Of a DNA stretch of 64,000 nt, positions 14,001 to 28,041 are shown piece after piece (positions within the stretch are counted from its first letter, which is position 1; the number at the start of each line of letters is the position of its first letter). The position numbers were made by a program, and so were the translations under genes. Source of the DNA: Azolla caroliniana (taxonomy: Eukaryota > Plantae > Polypodiophyta); contig JBHGNT010000001.1 of assembly GCA_043228905.1 (NCBI GenBank), positions 25,854,001 through 25,918,000 on the forward strand, in the 5' to 3' direction. The notes beneath the pieces are model-generated. The model ran no database searches. It saw only the letters and a program-made list of their open reading frames with translations, and had not been told where the DNA came from.

Positions 14001-15862
14001 TTAGTGATATAGTATTGATGCACACACAAACTCACATTCATTAGACATCAATATTCTACAAAAATGGAGACAATGGACACATCTGAACAAATTCTAATCT
14101 ATTGGAACCTCTAAATCTTTTTCTGAAAATGGAGACAATGGATTTCTATAGTGGTGTCATTTATTATTTAGATTAGCTCCAATTGGTTCTCTAAATCTTT
14201 TTCTGAAAATCATCACTATGAAATCCATAAATTTCTAGCATGCAATCATTTTACCTTTGGTTGGAGTGGGTTGGTTAACAACACACATGCAATGAAGATA
14301 ACCATAAAGTATTTATCTATCTTGGAAGTTCTAAACTCGTTTTATTTTGTTTCATTCACAATCAAGACTAAAGCTAAAGTACGATAATTGCAAACCACCC
14401 CAAAGGCTCCTAGGCTCACCCCAAAAGGAATGGCTTTTGTTTATCTATTGCCAATGCCTTGAGGATAACCATGGTAATTCATGAATCATGATGCACTAAC
14501 TTATTTATCTTTCATATTTTTATTGAATAGGCAATATTGTTGTCGTATTGCTTGGCACTTTCTTTGGAGCGAACCTGTCTTGAAAGTTATCTTTGATGTG
14601 GCTTCTTGTTGACTCATGGTACGATACTTGTAACAAAAAATGTGTGGACTATGGTTAAGTTGCATTTTTATCCCTCAGTTTTTGGTTTATGCTTGAGTGT
14701 ATGTTGACATATTCTCTAGTTCTCATATTTTTGAAGGTTAGCTTAGTTAGACTCTCTTTGATTGTTGGAGTGAAGTTGGATTTGATCTCATTGACCTTAA
14801 CAAAGTGATTGATGGTCGAGGCCCGAGGGTTACTTGTTATATATTGTCGTAAATATGTTTACATTATCCATCACCAATTATTGTGAGTTATTAAACACAC
14901 GAGCATTGGTGTTGCTGGCGACAATTTGTCGAAGATCTACTCATGGATTTTTAGGCTTTGGGGAGTATCATGCTATTGGGCAATTATTGTTTCAACTCTT
15001 CATGGGGTAAGATTGCCTTTCATTTAAGAAAAGATGATGATGCTTGAAAGGAAAGGAGAAGAACTCTTAAGTTTGATTCTCTTCAACAATGATTCACGCA
15101 AACTTTTCTGATTGCCTCTAGTTCCCATTTTCCTTAACTTTTTCTAGATTCCGTGCATGACAATACAATCTTGCTTTCTATACATTTGAGCATAAAGGTG
15201 ACACAGAGAAAGAAAAGCCTCTAAGGCCGATTAAAGAAGGAAAACAAGACAATTGAAGGCCATTGGTCAATGTGCAAAAGCATAAAGATGGAAGTCATAT
15301 TAGTGTGGAATGGAGAAAGCCAACTCCTTGGGCCACAATATTGATGTGCATCACGAGTAGTCTCACTCCCTCTAGGTCAGAGTATGACCAATTGAATCTA
15401 AGTGACATTATTTTTTCCGCTCATGCCATACATTGAATCTCCAAGTGACATTCTTTGTTTTTCAGAAATGGTAATTACGAATAACAAATGAATCCAAAGT
15501 GACATTGTTGTTTACAAATATTTTGATTTCCATGGAATCCAAAGATCTCATCTATAAACTATATACATATACAAAACACACACAAAGATTTGTGGTATAA
15601 ATCACTTGCCTTTATGAAACAACATTCTTTGTAATGAAAAATCTGGTTATGTTGAATCGATAATCTGATCAAGATTTTTTTTATTTTTTATCTCTCTCTC
15701 TCTCTCTTTTTGGTGCTTGGGGATTTGAGGTGTGACCAAAGCCAGCAGTTTGGAAGGAGACAGAGATTGTAGAATGAAATAAGATGTGAAAAAATAATAA
15801 TCAAGATTTCCATTTTGAATAAAACAATGAAGAAAAAAAAAACTCAAGATTCTCGCCTAGTA

Positions 15863-15894
<32 letters not shown>

Positions 15895-16426
15895 GATTCA
15901 GAGCTTGAGCATCTTGACCAAGACCCCCCAAGGGGGGGGTAAGTAAAGTAAGCAAGCAAATGACCCCAAGGTTTTGAGTCTTTTGACACATCTTACCCAC
16001 CAACACACACACACACACACACACACATGAAGACCGCCATCCCGGTTACGAACCAACCAAGGAAATGAATGGACGAGTCCGAGGGACCTTCACGATTTTG
16101 ATGAGAGGAAGGGAGAGAGGCACACCGCCAGTCCGACTGTCTTGTGCACGCCCAAAGTAGTTGGGTGGACAATGGAACCGAGTAGTTGGGTGGACGAGGC
16201 AATGTGGGTGGGTGGGTTGGTCACGCGTGCATCAAAGGTCGGTGGGTCGGGGTTGGTCGGGGTCGGGGTCCGAGGAGGAGGAGGAGTGGGGTTCGGGAGG
16301 GGGGAACGGGTTTGCGGAATTGGACGAGGTAAAAAATAACAAGTGAATGGTCCAAGCACACTATAATATAAGCCTATGTTTCCGTGGGAGGAGCTTGGGG
16401 GGGAGCGGCGGCGGCACGGGTGGGAT

Positions 16427-18127
16427 TTACGAGGGGGGCGGGGGTGCGAGGGGCAATGTGGAGGTCAGGTCGAAGGGGGCCCAGAGGCGGTCGAGGGGGC
16501 AGGGGCAGCCGGAGTCGAGGCGGGACCAGGGCTTGCCCTGGCCGCTCCAGTGGAGGAGGCTGACGGGGCCGGGGTGGAGGGGGCGGCAGCTGCCCGTCAC
16601 GCTGTCGCCCCCGAGGCCGTGCTGGTTCCAGCGGTGCGCCACCGGCTGCACCGAGCCCGCGAACACGAGCAGGAACGGCGGGAGCGAGCCCAGCTCGTAG
16701 ATCCTCCTCTCCTTCTGCACCTCCATCCACTCCTCTATCCTCCTCGTGCAGTTCCTGCCCCTCCACCTCCTCAGATCCATCACCATCACCCCTGTGTTGA
16801 AGTAGCAAGGCTCCCGCTGCCCCCCATGGAAGCTTCTTCCATTCCTCCTCCTGCTCCTGCTCCTCCTCCATAGCTCTGCCCCCTCCTCCCAGAACGATGG
16901 CGAGAAGTACTTGGTGAAGTTGGCATGGCAGTACTCCGGCGCGGCTATGGTGTGCGGCCCCAAGCTCGTCGACCACAGCTTGGCTATGTCGTCCACCACC
17001 ACCACATCCGAGTCCAGGTAGATCACCCTCCCCACGCACGCCTCCAGGATCTCTGCTAAATAGTTCCGAGCGTAGTTCAATGGCTGCTCCAATGCCTGCC
17101 TCACAGACGACGATATCCGATCCTTCACTAAACTCGAGTTGAAATGGTAGATCTTGAACTTCAGTGACGGGAAGCTTCCATGGAGCAGAGACTGAAACAC
17201 AGAATCACTTCTTCCTCCCCTTCTTCCAACGTTTCCTCTTCTGTTTCTTCCGTTTTTGTTCTGATCGTCTTCTATTTCTTCTATTTCTTCTTCTTCTGTG
17301 ACTAGGAAATGGAAGACAATGTTCTGTGGACAAGAAGCATGTTGCAGAATAGAGAAGACCGCTGCCATGGAGCCTCGCAGATATGCGACATCTAGAGTCA
17401 TGGCAATATGCACAGAGGAAGGATCGCAGACATAAAACCCGTCATTGGGAGAGGGACAGCCATCTCCATTGTGAAACGACGGAGCTTCTTGAAACCTGAG
17501 TGATCCTAGAGCACTACCTCTGGTCATTGTCTGTGCAGAATCCGAAATTTGGCTATGGCCGGACTGATCATTATCATCATCATTATCCCCGTGGTTTTGG
17601 CTAAATGTCATGTGATTTGATCCGATGTTCCGAGCTCGATCTCTATAATTCTCTGATGTAACAGTAGAACTGTATAATTGCAGCGATGGAGACAGAAGAA
17701 GAAGAAGAAAAAGAAGCAATGAGGAAGAGACGATGGCCCATAGCCTTACGGATCGGCATAGCAGAACTGATCTTTGTATATATATTTGATCAGACGTTTT
17801 GTTCTTCTGCGTATAGCACATTGAATGGATATGACTTCCAGAAAAACTGCAGACGAAGCGCGAAGGAGAAGATGACAGAATAAAGAAGAGAAGCAATAGA
17901 TCTCTAAGGTCTGTGAGGGCCGCCATAGCTTTTCTCTGCATATAGCACCCTCCTTTTTTTTCTCCTTCCACATTATAATAGTTCGATTCCTTACATAAGA
18001 AGCCATGACCTGCACGGCCTTCATCTGAATGAAGCCATCCATCAGTTCCTGCTTCTGTTTCAGGAAGAAAACGTCGTCTACATTGATAATTAAGTATGGT
18101 TTCAGCCTCGCTTCCTCCCTTTCCCAT
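16427..18127 (-). CDS. GATL: Galacturonosyltransferase-like (GATL, GT8) protein, intronless CDS; start codon uncertain (ATGs at 18127, 17941 and further downstream)
   Basis: Uninterrupted ORF with the GATL motifs [27 protein letters not shown] (DxD), [46 protein letters not shown] and SLLHWSGxGKPW, plus N-terminal hydrophobic segments. Confidence 0.92.
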   Translation of the reverse strand: MGKGGSEAETILNYQCRRRFLPETEAGTDGWLHSDEGRAGHGFLCKESNYYNVEGEKKGGCYMQRKAMAALTDLRDLLLLFFILSSSPSRFVCSFSGSHIHSMCYTQKNKTSDQIYIQRSVLLCRSVRLWAIVSSSLLLFLLLLLSPSLQLYSSTVTSENYRDRARNIGSNHMTFSQNHGDNDDDNDQSGHSQISDSAQTMTRGSALGSLRFQEAPSFHNGDGCPSPNDGFYVCDPSSVHIAMTLDVAYLRGSMAAVFSILQHASCPQNIVFHFLVTEEEEIEEIEDDQNKNGRNRRGNVGRRGGRSDSVFQSLLHGSFPSLKFKIYHFNSSLVKDRISSSVRQALEQPLNYARNYLAEILEACVGRVIYLDSDVVVVDDIAKLWSTSLGPHTIAAPEYCHANFTKYFSPSFWEEGAELWRRSRSRRRNGRSFHGGQREPCYFNTGVMVMDLRRWRGRNCTRRIEEWMEVQKERRIYELGSLPPFLLVFAGSVQPVAHRWNQHGLGGDSVTGSCRPLHPGPVSLLHWSGQGKPWSRLDSGCPCPLDRLWAPFDLTSTLPLAPPPPS

Positions 18128-18234
18128 TAAACAAAATGATATCGATCTTACATTCAAACTACGAAAGCTCTTCTGATCTGTCTATAAATTTCATCGCCAT
18201 GGACTGAATCGGAATATGTATTTGCAAAGACCAC

Positions 18235-18237
<3 letters not shown>

Positions 18238-18279
<42 letters not shown>

Positions 18280-18350
18280 GAGAAAGGGAGACAAATAAAG
18301 AATGAAGGAATGACAGGCGGATGAAAGAATGAAGGAATGACAGGCGGATG
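18238..18350. repeat. (GA)n microsatellite plus 27-bp direct repeat in the GATL leader
   Basis: A (GA)n run lies at ~18241-18272, and aagaatgaaggaatgacaggcggatga occurs twice in tandem. Confidence 0.8.
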
Positions 18351-19299
18351 ATTTCCTGCAACTACCAGAAGATCGTCCCAGCGATCAGATCTTTTGAAAA
18401 GAGTTTGGAATGAAGAAGATATACAGAAGGAGAGAAAACAAAGAAACAAGGCTGTGGAGAAAACACGAGTTCCATCGATGGCGGGATGTGAAGCTTCAAT
18501 AAAAGAAAGTGAAAAACACGTGAAAGGTAGAAGGCAGAATTAAATAAAGCATAAGAACATGGATGAAGCAGAGAGAAAACAACAGAAAAAGCTTGATCAG
18601 TTTTGAAACAGGAGATGGACTCGATGGTTTACAGCATAACCTGATCCGTGGGAAATCGTGAGGCGTATCAACAAAGAAGAAAAGGAAGATGATGATAAAG
18701 AAGATGATGATGGCGATGAAGGAGAGATTCCGGAACGACGCATCAGAGGCGAATCTGTGGTGAAACTAGGAAGTATTCTGCTGAATGTCATCAGAGGTCG
18801 TCGGCAGTGGCGATCATGAAGAAGAAGATGATGACGGTGGTGGTGATGTTGAAGACAATAGAGGATATTGAGAAAGTAAGGGCACCGGGTTGCAGATCAA
18901 GATCAGTGGGTATATTGCAGATCAAGATGCAGAGGTTATACAGCATTCCGCAGCAGGCGACGGCTATGGCTATGGAAGTTTAAGAATGGAGCAAGCTTAG
19001 CCTGGTAATGAAATGCAAGCAAAACATTACATTGCGTGCAGGGGCGGTGAAAGACGCGATGCTATACATTTGCCACGAAATCCTGTGTGTGAGAGAGAAG
19101 TTGCGTGTTGGCGATGGCTATGATATATAATATAACGCTGATGAGCTTATGCAGAGGGATTCGATCAAATCGATGACGACGATGAAAGGAAATGATGATA
19201 TTTTTGCCTTCCGTCTCCTCCTTTCTTTCGTTCTTCCTGCTGCTTCTGAACTGTTGCTGGTGTAAGGTTGGATATGGCTATGGCGAAATGTGCACAGAG

Positions 19300-19580
19300 A
19301 AGAACAGAGCCAAACAGAACAGAACAGAACAGACAGGTGTTATGGATCTTCTTCTTCTTCTTCTTCTTCTTCTGTTCTTTCTCTTTTTCTTGGTCCCCTT
19401 CATTTCATTTCATTTCTCTTTTTGCTTTACATTATTTTTCACGTTTCTTTATCTCTCTGTCTTCTGTTTCTCTTTATTTTCCCCCAAAAACATTTCCCGT
19501 CGCCTGCCTTTACCAATGTCAGTCCAGTTAAGTCAAGTCAAGTCAAGCCAAGCCAAGCCAAGCCAAGTCAAGTCAAGTAA
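19300..19580. repeat. Simple-repeat cluster upstream of GATL: (CAGAA)n, (CTT)n, (TTTCA)n, (AAGTC)n/(AAGCC)n
   Basis: Directly visible in the sequence. Confidence 0.8.
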
Positions 19581-20476
19581 AACGGTCTCGAGCTCAAAAC
19601 CCAAACTTTCACATCTTTAGACTTTAGTTAGACAAAGCGAACTCCAATAAACAACTCGCCCGACGCCAATGTCAAATTTTTCCGTAGGTATGCTTTAACT
19701 CCATGTCTACAATTACATATGAAAACACTTGACTATCCCCAATCATGACGCGACCCATAATACCTTGACCGACAAAAGACAATCTCACACACTCATACAC
19801 ACAACTAGCATGTGAGTTCTAAATGAGTGCCTAGTATAACTAAACGATTAGGATGATGTGATGCGTTATACTTGCGTTATACTTGCGTCATCATTCGTCT
19901 ATATAATTCCTCCATGCGTAAGGCTTTCTTGCCATGCCAAAGTATTACGACTTGGGAAATGTATAGAGGCTCATCTTTCACACATGATCTTACATCTGTT
20001 GCACCAAACCACCATCCCATCCTCTTTTCCAAACTAGGAAACCATACATCATGGATACATGGTAGTGCTCATCCCTTCCTTTGCCATTTTCACATTGCAT
20101 CCATTTGACTTAGCTCTCGTTCTCTTTGATGTGAGATGGTTTGTTGGGACATACAACGGATAACAGAGGGGCGAACACATCGATCCTCACCATGCCTCCA
20201 CCATTGCCACACCTCCACGAATGTATGTATGTATGTATGTATGGAGAGATGTAAATGTTTGTCATAGCCATATGTAGTAGTACCATAGAATGGAACAGGT
20301 GCAACTCCACCAATCCACCTCCACTTCTTTGCCCTCTTGGTACTTTGAGTGTAAATAAATATTATCGTAAATAATGAATACAAAGTATGGTATTTAGCAT
20401 ACTTTTGTGTTTACCATACTCGAATTATTGAAACATACGTGCATGTGAATGCATGTATGGTATGTATGGTTCATAT

Positions 20477-20765
20477 TATCATGATATAGCATGGTATGGC
20501 TTTAAAAGGATTTGAAGCCATAACATTATGTCACATGGGTTAAAGCCCTACCATTAAGCTATACATTGTAATACAAAAAATATTGTTTTCATTTATGATA
20601 TCACTTAGGAAATCCATGTATATTCTAGATTTCTCTAGAATGTTCTAGAAATGTCAACAATACTCCTAGCCACATTATAAAAAGAGGCAATTTGGTTCAA
20701 TGTTAGTCTTAAACCTCTTAGTTATTCTTGTATCTTCCTCCTTATAATATATATCTTCTATTGCC

Positions 20766-20807
<42 letters not shown>

Positions 20808-20903
20808 GTTCCACACCATCTTTCCCTCTTAAGTACTCATAGTACTCATCCTCCTCTACCTATAGTACTAATTCCCTCTCCGTCTTTAGTACTATTCCTG
20901 ACA
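20477..20903 (+). mobile_element. Solo LTR of the chromovirus family D
   Basis: Reverse-complement homologue of the LTR at 58306-58737. Its termini are TATCATGA (decayed TGTCATGA)...CCTGACA, with a perfect 5-bp TSD CATAT at 20472-20476 and 20904-20908. Confidence 0.9.
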
Positions 20904-22779
20904 CATATTATGCTTGTGCTTATTGGCTTTTTGCATATCTGCATCTCTTTTGTCTATTTGGCTTTCCATACACTATCAAGATGGCCACATCACTCGTGTC
21001 TATTGGCTTTCCACGTGCTATCAAGATGGCCATTCACTTGTGCCTATTGGATTTTCGCATACCCATGCTATGTATAAACCCATGCACATCGTGGTTTCTT
21101 CCTTTTACCTCACAATAAGTTGATGTTATTGTTTCTATTATTGTCCATGTTTTAATCTCACCTTGTTCTATTCATGTCTCTACTCAATTCTTGTGCCTCT
21201 AACTAATGTAGACCATCACACCTAGATGACTCTCCAAACAATATGGAGGTTGAACTCTCCCTATGTGGTCAAGCCAACAAGTTTGCTTTATCAGTCACTA
21301 GCTTATTGGATTCTCCAATTCTTTGATGCCCTTTGTGTTGCCTTCTAATACAAATTTTAGATGAAACCTAGTTATTCGTTCATGAGGCCTTTTTACATGT
21401 TGCTTTTATACTTGACTTGTCGTTAACTGTACCATTGCATGTTGCCCTAAAATGAGTAGCGTTGCACCCAAATACCCAACATGGTTGCATGGGACAAACC
21501 CGATGTCACTAATAAATGAACCTCTACATATAAATGTGGCCCTAATGGAGTTCACAAATGATATGTTTGACATTGGAACACACATATTGGATGTGGATTC
21601 TATTCTTGTGTTGGCAATACACCATCTCCCTCCCTCGCCCCCTCGCCAGAGCTAAATGGATAGATTGTATTATCATCAAGGTTAAATATGACCTATGATA
21701 CCAACAAGATTACATTTTCATGAAATACATGTGAAAGTGAGTAGCAACTCTCAATGGTCAAGAACTATATTGGTGAATGTTGCAATCGAGAGTGCAAACT
21801 ATGACTATGAGCAAATTTTGTGCAAAGATTGGGTTCAGTTGAAGATGCGTGGAAAACATAGTTGAATGTAATCAAAGGCAGAGCATTGTGTCAAAGTGTG
21901 ATACCCAGATTCTTAAACGTTATCGTGACGACATGCATGTGTGTGCCAGTTGAGCAAGACCATAGGGGTCTTGGACTAGGGAGACAATCGGATAGAGAAT
22001 CTTGAGGGCTCACGCTCGCCAAAGAACGTATTAGACAAGCTCTTCGAATGGTCTTTAGTCGTCTGAAGCACTCTCCAACCTTAGGGCTCGTTGACCCTCA
22101 TTGACCTTAGGGGTTGTCAATCTTAGGGGCTTAGGGGCCTCATTGACCTTAGGGACTTGTCGACCTAAGCTCCTTAGACTTAGAGCTTGAAAATGGGAGG
22201 TGCATGGGCATGCCCAAAGCAACCCCAAGTCACAAGAACAAGTGAACGCACAAGAAGAATGCTAAGCCTTACACACACGACGTGAATGTTATGTTAGGAA
22301 TCGACCGACCACAATCGGTTTCACATTTGTATTCAGGTGCAGAAAACAAGAGAGCTAATACACAGACAGAAAAACGTGAAGGTAGAAAAACAAGTACAAA
22401 GAGACAAGATTTACCGTGGAAACCCGAACTGGGAAAAACCATGGGGGTCCACAAACCCCAAGAAACAGAATCACTAAGTAGGGAGAGGAATACAGGGAGA
22501 CTCACAGGCACCAACCTCGAGCTCGTCTTCGTCTAACAAACGATGATCGAGTTACAACTCACACACACTCTCTCTCACTCTCCGTTACAGAGGCTCCTAC
22601 CTTCTTGTAACTCACAACCTAATCATACAACAATGATCTACACACCCACATAAAGTCTACCCTAGTTGTATATATACTTATACAACTTTATGGCTATCTT
22701 CTCCAAATCGTGTCACCTTCCGTGACTAAGGCCTTCTGGTCGGCATTGGACTCTTGGTCCTTCCGGCGAGCTTCTTCAT

Positions 22780-23225
22780 TCAGCAAGCTCAACGGCGTTG
22801 CCCAATATGACAACGAGCGTTTCCTAGTTGTCTGGAAGGGATCCCAACAACAATAATGCTAATACCTCGTTGGCAAGAGGTACTTCTAGAGAGGTGGTTT
22901 GGTTCATCAAACCTTGGAAGGCATTGATGTGCTCTGCCATACTGGAGCCATCCTGGTACCAGAGTCTCATGATTTTTCGAAATACTGAGACTTAGTTCAC
23001 GACGTTCTTGTTTTCGAATATGACGCCGATCTTCTTCCATAGGACGCCTGCTTTTGTTTCTTCGCCGAAGTTGTTGTATAGACTCATGTCTATAAAACAC
23101 CTTATATATGTGGCCGCCTTCAGATGCAACACCTCCCAAGTCGCTGCATCGATCTTATCTTGTCTCTTATCTGTGAACTACACCGGCAGCTAGAGGTCTT
23201 TGCACATGGGCATGTCTCTCATCTT
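22780..23225 (-). pseudogene. copia gag fragment with in-frame stops
   Basis: Reads WEVLHLKAATYIRCFID...LWKKIGVIFENKN...SMAEHINAFQGLMNQ...ALLLLGSLPDN*ETLVV. Confidence 0.85.
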
Positions 23226-23668
23226 CGACTTCCACACTGAGTAGTTGGACCACAACCGGTTTCACATTCGTATTCGGGTGTAAAAAACAAATATGTAGAT
23301 AGAAAAATGTGAAGGCACAAAAAAAGTACAGAGAGACACAAGATTTACCGTGGAAACCCGAACTGGGAAAAACCATGGGGGTCCACAAACCCCAAGAAAC
23401 AGAATCACTAAGTAGGGAGAGGAATATAGGGAGACTCGAAGGCACCAACCTCAAGCTCGGCTTCGTCTAATAGACGGTGACTGAGTTACAACTCATACAC
23501 ACTCTCTCTCACTCTCCGTTATAGAGGCTCCTACCTTCTTGTAACTCACAACCTAATCATACAACAATGATCTATACACCCACAAAAAGTTTTCTCTAGT
23601 TGTATATATACTTAATACAACTTTATGGCTATTTACATACATTGCCCACATGGGGCCCATTCCGACTA

Positions 23669-24875
23669 CATTAACCATTCGGTTAAGTACGTGCCCACTT
23701 AAGTGTGCCATTCTATTAAGTGCGCACTCTATAGAGGTCAAAATCCCAATCAAAAAATTTACATTGTTTCATGATGAAATTACATCTAACCAAATTTAAA
23801 CTATGTTCCAAACATTAAGAAAACAATAAAATCATACAAAAATCAGATTTATTGTACATTGAGTGATACGTATGCTAATTAGCCAATTTCACATTGAGTG
23901 ATATGTATGCTAATTAGCTAATTTCAAATTGAGTGATATCATCTATTCATCTTCGTTCCCTCCTTCCTACTACTTCCTTACCCCATTACTCTTTCTATTG
24001 CTGCCTGTTATTGATGCTTCTTCTTATTCTTCTTCCTTCTTTTCCTTATTTTGTCCTCTACCACTTCTTTTTCTCGATTCTTATTGATCCTAATTTGTTT
24101 CGTTCTTCTTGTTCCATTGCATCTCCTTGATTCTTCTTCTTTTATAGTATGTATTTCCTTTTCATGATGTTTGTTGGTACTAATACTCCTTCCCTTCTTC
24201 TAATGAGTTCTTAATTCTTATTATTCCTTCTACTTCCCCTTTCCCTCTTCATCATCTTCTACTTCCTTCTTTTATTTCTTTCTTGTAATTCCTTCTCCTT
24301 GCTCCCTCTCCTTTTGATTCATCTTCTTCTTACTTTATGCAGAGTTCTAATTCACGCAAGAAAACACAATTTTCATAATATATTTCCGCCTATAAAGCTC
24401 GATAAACTAGATTGCAGAGTAAAAAATAGTTGCTTTTGAGATGATAGTTCCAATTGCTCAGCATCCATAAGAGAAAAAACTTGCAATTTCACATTAAAGA
24501 AAAGGTTCTCCTAGGGTTTAAACCGTGAAAATCACTTCCATTAGCTAAAAATTTCAATAAAAAAATTAGAACAATCTTCAACATACGAAATGCTCAAGTT
24601 TTATTGGAGAATAGAACAACGATTAGATTACCACAATAGGTGAGAATGATCAAGTTTGACAGACAAATTAAAAATTTGTTTAGCTTCCTATGAGTTAAAG
24701 TTCTGTTGCAGAAGAAAAACCAGAAGAATGGTTTCTACGAAACAAGTTTTGCATGAGAAGAAAAGAAAAATTGGGGGAAATTTTTTTTGTGTGTAAAAAA
24801 CCCTAAGTGCGCGACTCGGTTAAGTGCGCACATTTTCCTTCAGATCAAAGTGCGCACTTAACCGAATGTTTACTG
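23669..24875. mobile_element. Non-autonomous Tc1/mariner (pogo-like) element / MITE inserted in the copia LTR
   Basis: The left end CATTAACCATTCGGTTAAGTAC matches the reverse complement of the right end, CAGTAAACATTCGGTTAAGTGC. TA flanks both sides, and subterminal TTAAGTGCGC repeats are present. Confidence 0.8.
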
Positions 24876-26899
24876 TATTTACAAATATAGTCTCCCGAGT
24901 TGGCTATCACCTCGATTTCGAATTTGGCCTTGGCCGAGTTACTCATCAACTCGGCTCTTCTCTTCCCATCCAGAGGGACCTGTTTCCCAACATGTTCAAA
25001 TGTCTTTGTGGAAGGTGAGGTGCATTGGCGTGCCCAAATCAAACCCCAAGTCACAAGGACAAAGAGAATGCATGAGAAGAATGCTTACATAGAAGACACA
25101 AATGTTCGAATGGCTTTGTGAAAGGGGATGTGCATGGGCGTGCCCAAATCAACCCCAAGTCACAATTGCAAGTGAACGCATGAGAAGAAGACTTACACAC
25201 AACACGAATGTTCGAATGCCCTTGTGAAAAGGGAGGTGCATGGGTGTGCTTGTATCAACCCCAAGTCACAAGAACAAGTGAACGCATGAAAAGAAAGCTT
25301 ACACACACAACACGAATGTTCGAATGCCTTTGTGAAAGGGGAGGTGCATGGGCGTGCCCGAATCAACCCCAAGTCACAAGGACAAGCAAACACATGAGAA
25401 GAAAACTAACACACAGAAATTTGGAGCAAGGATGGCAGACGAAGCAAACACTCGATTATAACACAAGAGTGCCCTTTATAAAATAGGGTTTTCGATTACA
25501 AAAAAGAAAGAGGGGTGGGGGTTTACAAAAGTGGCAATTTCTAGTTAACCATGAGCTCAACAAGGGTAAGGAGATGGATGGAGCAAAATGGTGTATGCCC
25601 TTCAAGACGAAAGCTATATCTGAACACCGAAGCACACGAACCACCAACGACAACCGCATGAACCACCAATGACGAACACACGAACGGATGAGATGAAGAA
25701 GGGAGAAGAAAAGCACTCCCCAAACAAGAAACACCAAGAAGAAGAAGAAGAAGAAATCAAGAAAACCTAAAAACCCCAATCTCCTCCAATATATTCAAAC
25801 TCCACACCTTTAGTACTAGTCAATGGTTCTAACCACTTCTCCATTCACATTTCCTACTAATAAATATATTTACACGACTATATGTGTATAATATATCTCC
25901 CTTTTCACATGGGCTTTGCATATTTCCTCTCTCTTACGTTTTTGCCCCACGCCATATCACGACAACGTTGCTGCGAAGATGCATGTGTGCGTGTGAAACA
26001 TGCGCAGGGCCACTAGTATACTGTATACATATGTGTATGTGTACGTTACTTGTGTGTGTGTTGAAGTTTGAGTGTAGGTGTAGATGTGAAAATGTGTATT
26101 CGAATTTGTATTTATAAGTGTATGCATAAGTAATTAAACGTAGGAAGCAAATATAAAATTTTATTATATACGTATATAGTGTATGTATGTATTTGCCAAG
26201 CCTTGGAGTCTAAAAAAGAAGGGGAACTAAAAAAACTCACAAAATTGAACAATGCCCCCCCCCCCCCCCCCCCCATTTGAAAGTAAACCTCCACAAAGTT
26301 AGATTTTTTTATCTACTCTTTGGGCGTCATCATTGGACGGGACACCAACTTCGGTTAGTATAGCGGGTTCGACTCTCATCGTTCGAAATTTACTCGTATC
26401 TTCAAGGTCGGAATCAAGATCCAAAAATTCCTAGTGACCCTTGAGGTGAAATCTTTGTGTTGGTGTGGTAACCCAGAATTTCGTTATTCATTGCCCTCTT
26501 GATTCTCTACCACAAGCCCATTCGAGATTTCAATAATACTTTCGCCTTCATAAAAAATTTGACCACCTTGCCATGAGGTCTCCTCTCTTTTCTATAGGCT
26601 TATAGACCCCCCAATGCAAATAAGAATAATATATTTCCTTTTTAGCATGCACCCTGCTTTTTCACCTTGCATGCGCTCCTTTCAATCAAGCACTTGGTGT
26701 GAGCAAAGTGTTCATATCCATGTCTATCCATTCACACCACTCTTGTTTATCTTGTAGACATCAGCTTGAGCTCTCATAGTCCAAACATGACTCAAACCCT
26801 TAAACTTCTGCTCCTAAAGTAAGCTCTTTTCAATTGACAGTCTTTTTGTTAAGTTTAACTTTTTATCTATTTCATGTCCTTCTTGTTATATCTTTTCCC

Positions 26900-27235
26900 T
26901 ATCCTTCAATCGTTTACATAATTTTAGTTTAACTTATTGCCTCATGTGCACTCCTCACATCATGACAATGTGTTTCAGGCAAAACGTGCACAATTGACTA
27001 CTCTCATCACTTGTGGTGCCCCAACGCTTGTCTCACATCTTAGTGCGGGTGAGCTAAGTGACATGGAAACAATGGTTCTAATAGATGATAACTAGATGGG
27101 CTCTAACATGTATTGATGTGTGTGGTTTCCCCGTTGGATGAAGAATATGGATTTATAGTTAGGTGCAACATATGTAGTATAATGTGTGGAAGTGTGGGTG
27201 TCCATATTTTTACCATGTCATGATACATTGGCATT
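26900..27235 (-). mobile_element. RTE-type LINE, 3' part (left of the DNA transposon)
   Basis: Reads QCIMTW...HYTTYVAPNYKSIFF...YMLEPI...LSSPALRCET followed by a Cys-rich tail. It joins the part at 32465 in frame (EAFLQ-C-QCIMTW) once the insertion and one TSD copy are removed. Confidence 0.7.
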
Positions 27236-28041
27236 AACATCTGGACATTTGAAATAGGTAATATGTCGCATTCCTTTATTGATAAATAGGTGAGATGTCA
27301 AGAATTACCATTTTTGAACAAACTTTCAAGAATATATCACGCATGCGCACATGATTTTTAAAAACATCACTAAAAAAGGCAGTTAATATTTTTAAGATTA
27401 AAAATTTAACCGATATTTTCTCAATTCATACACAAATTTATCCTAATCTTAGATAAGATGATGGGAATGCATCCAACTATAATTGCAATATGCTTCATTG
27501 TACATAATGTTAAATTCGAATCAAACTTAACAAATTTAGAAATGCAATTTTGTTACTATATTTGTCTCTAATCTTATAAAGATTTCTATGTCGATTTTGT
27601 AAATAGAATTTTTGGATTAATTAGAAAAACTTTCACAAACAAATATCTCACGATATACCACGCATGCCCAAAAACCACTATAAACATTATATGCCAATCA
27701 TACATGACCAACGTGAATGTATTATCATGTAAGCAACGACGTTGACTTAATATTATTGTGTTTACTCGAAACTAAATTACCAAGATTAAAGACAACATAA
27801 ATCATAGAATAAAGACTAAATCCAATTATATTAATCGAGAAACAATTATAACCAACATTTGTCATACAATCGATAAGTTAAAATCATCTATTCGATGGAA
27901 ATTATACTTGCCACATGCTTTACTACTCAACCTTTGTAAACATATGATAGACACATAAAGTTTGAGACACCAATAGGATAGATTAAAGAAATTATACTCA
28001 AACAAAAAGTTCATATATTTCAATACAAAGTATTATACAAT

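Larger units (their letters stand above)
22292..24992 (-). mobile_element. Internally deleted Ty1/copia (Tnt1/Tork-like) element: LTR, gag fragment, partial LTR
   Basis: Termini TGTTAGG...CCCAACA with TSD TGTTA/TGTTC. The LTR segment is duplicated at ~22307-22697 and ~23248-23631. Between the copies lies a gag fragment. Confidence 0.85.
22195..25415. repeat. ~110-bp tandem array (about 5 units) split by the insertion at 22292-24992
   Basis: The unit gggaggtgcatgggcgtgcccaaatcaaccccaagtcacaagaacaagtgaacgcatgagaagaa...cacacaacacgaatgttcgaatgc occurs at 22195-22291 and repeatedly at 24993-25415. The reading continues across the insertion. Confidence 0.85.

Noticed and set aside
16347-17039. Long overlapping or antisense ORFs over GATL (117, 165 and 221 aa)
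   Set aside because: They are shadows of very GC-rich coding sequence, with low-complexity products and no motifs.
19192-19620. Hydrophobic 142-aa ORF
   Set aside because: It is produced by stop-free simple repeats.
26345-26385. B-box-like GGTTCGACTC, possible tRNA
   Set aside because: There is no properly spaced A box and no cloverleaf.
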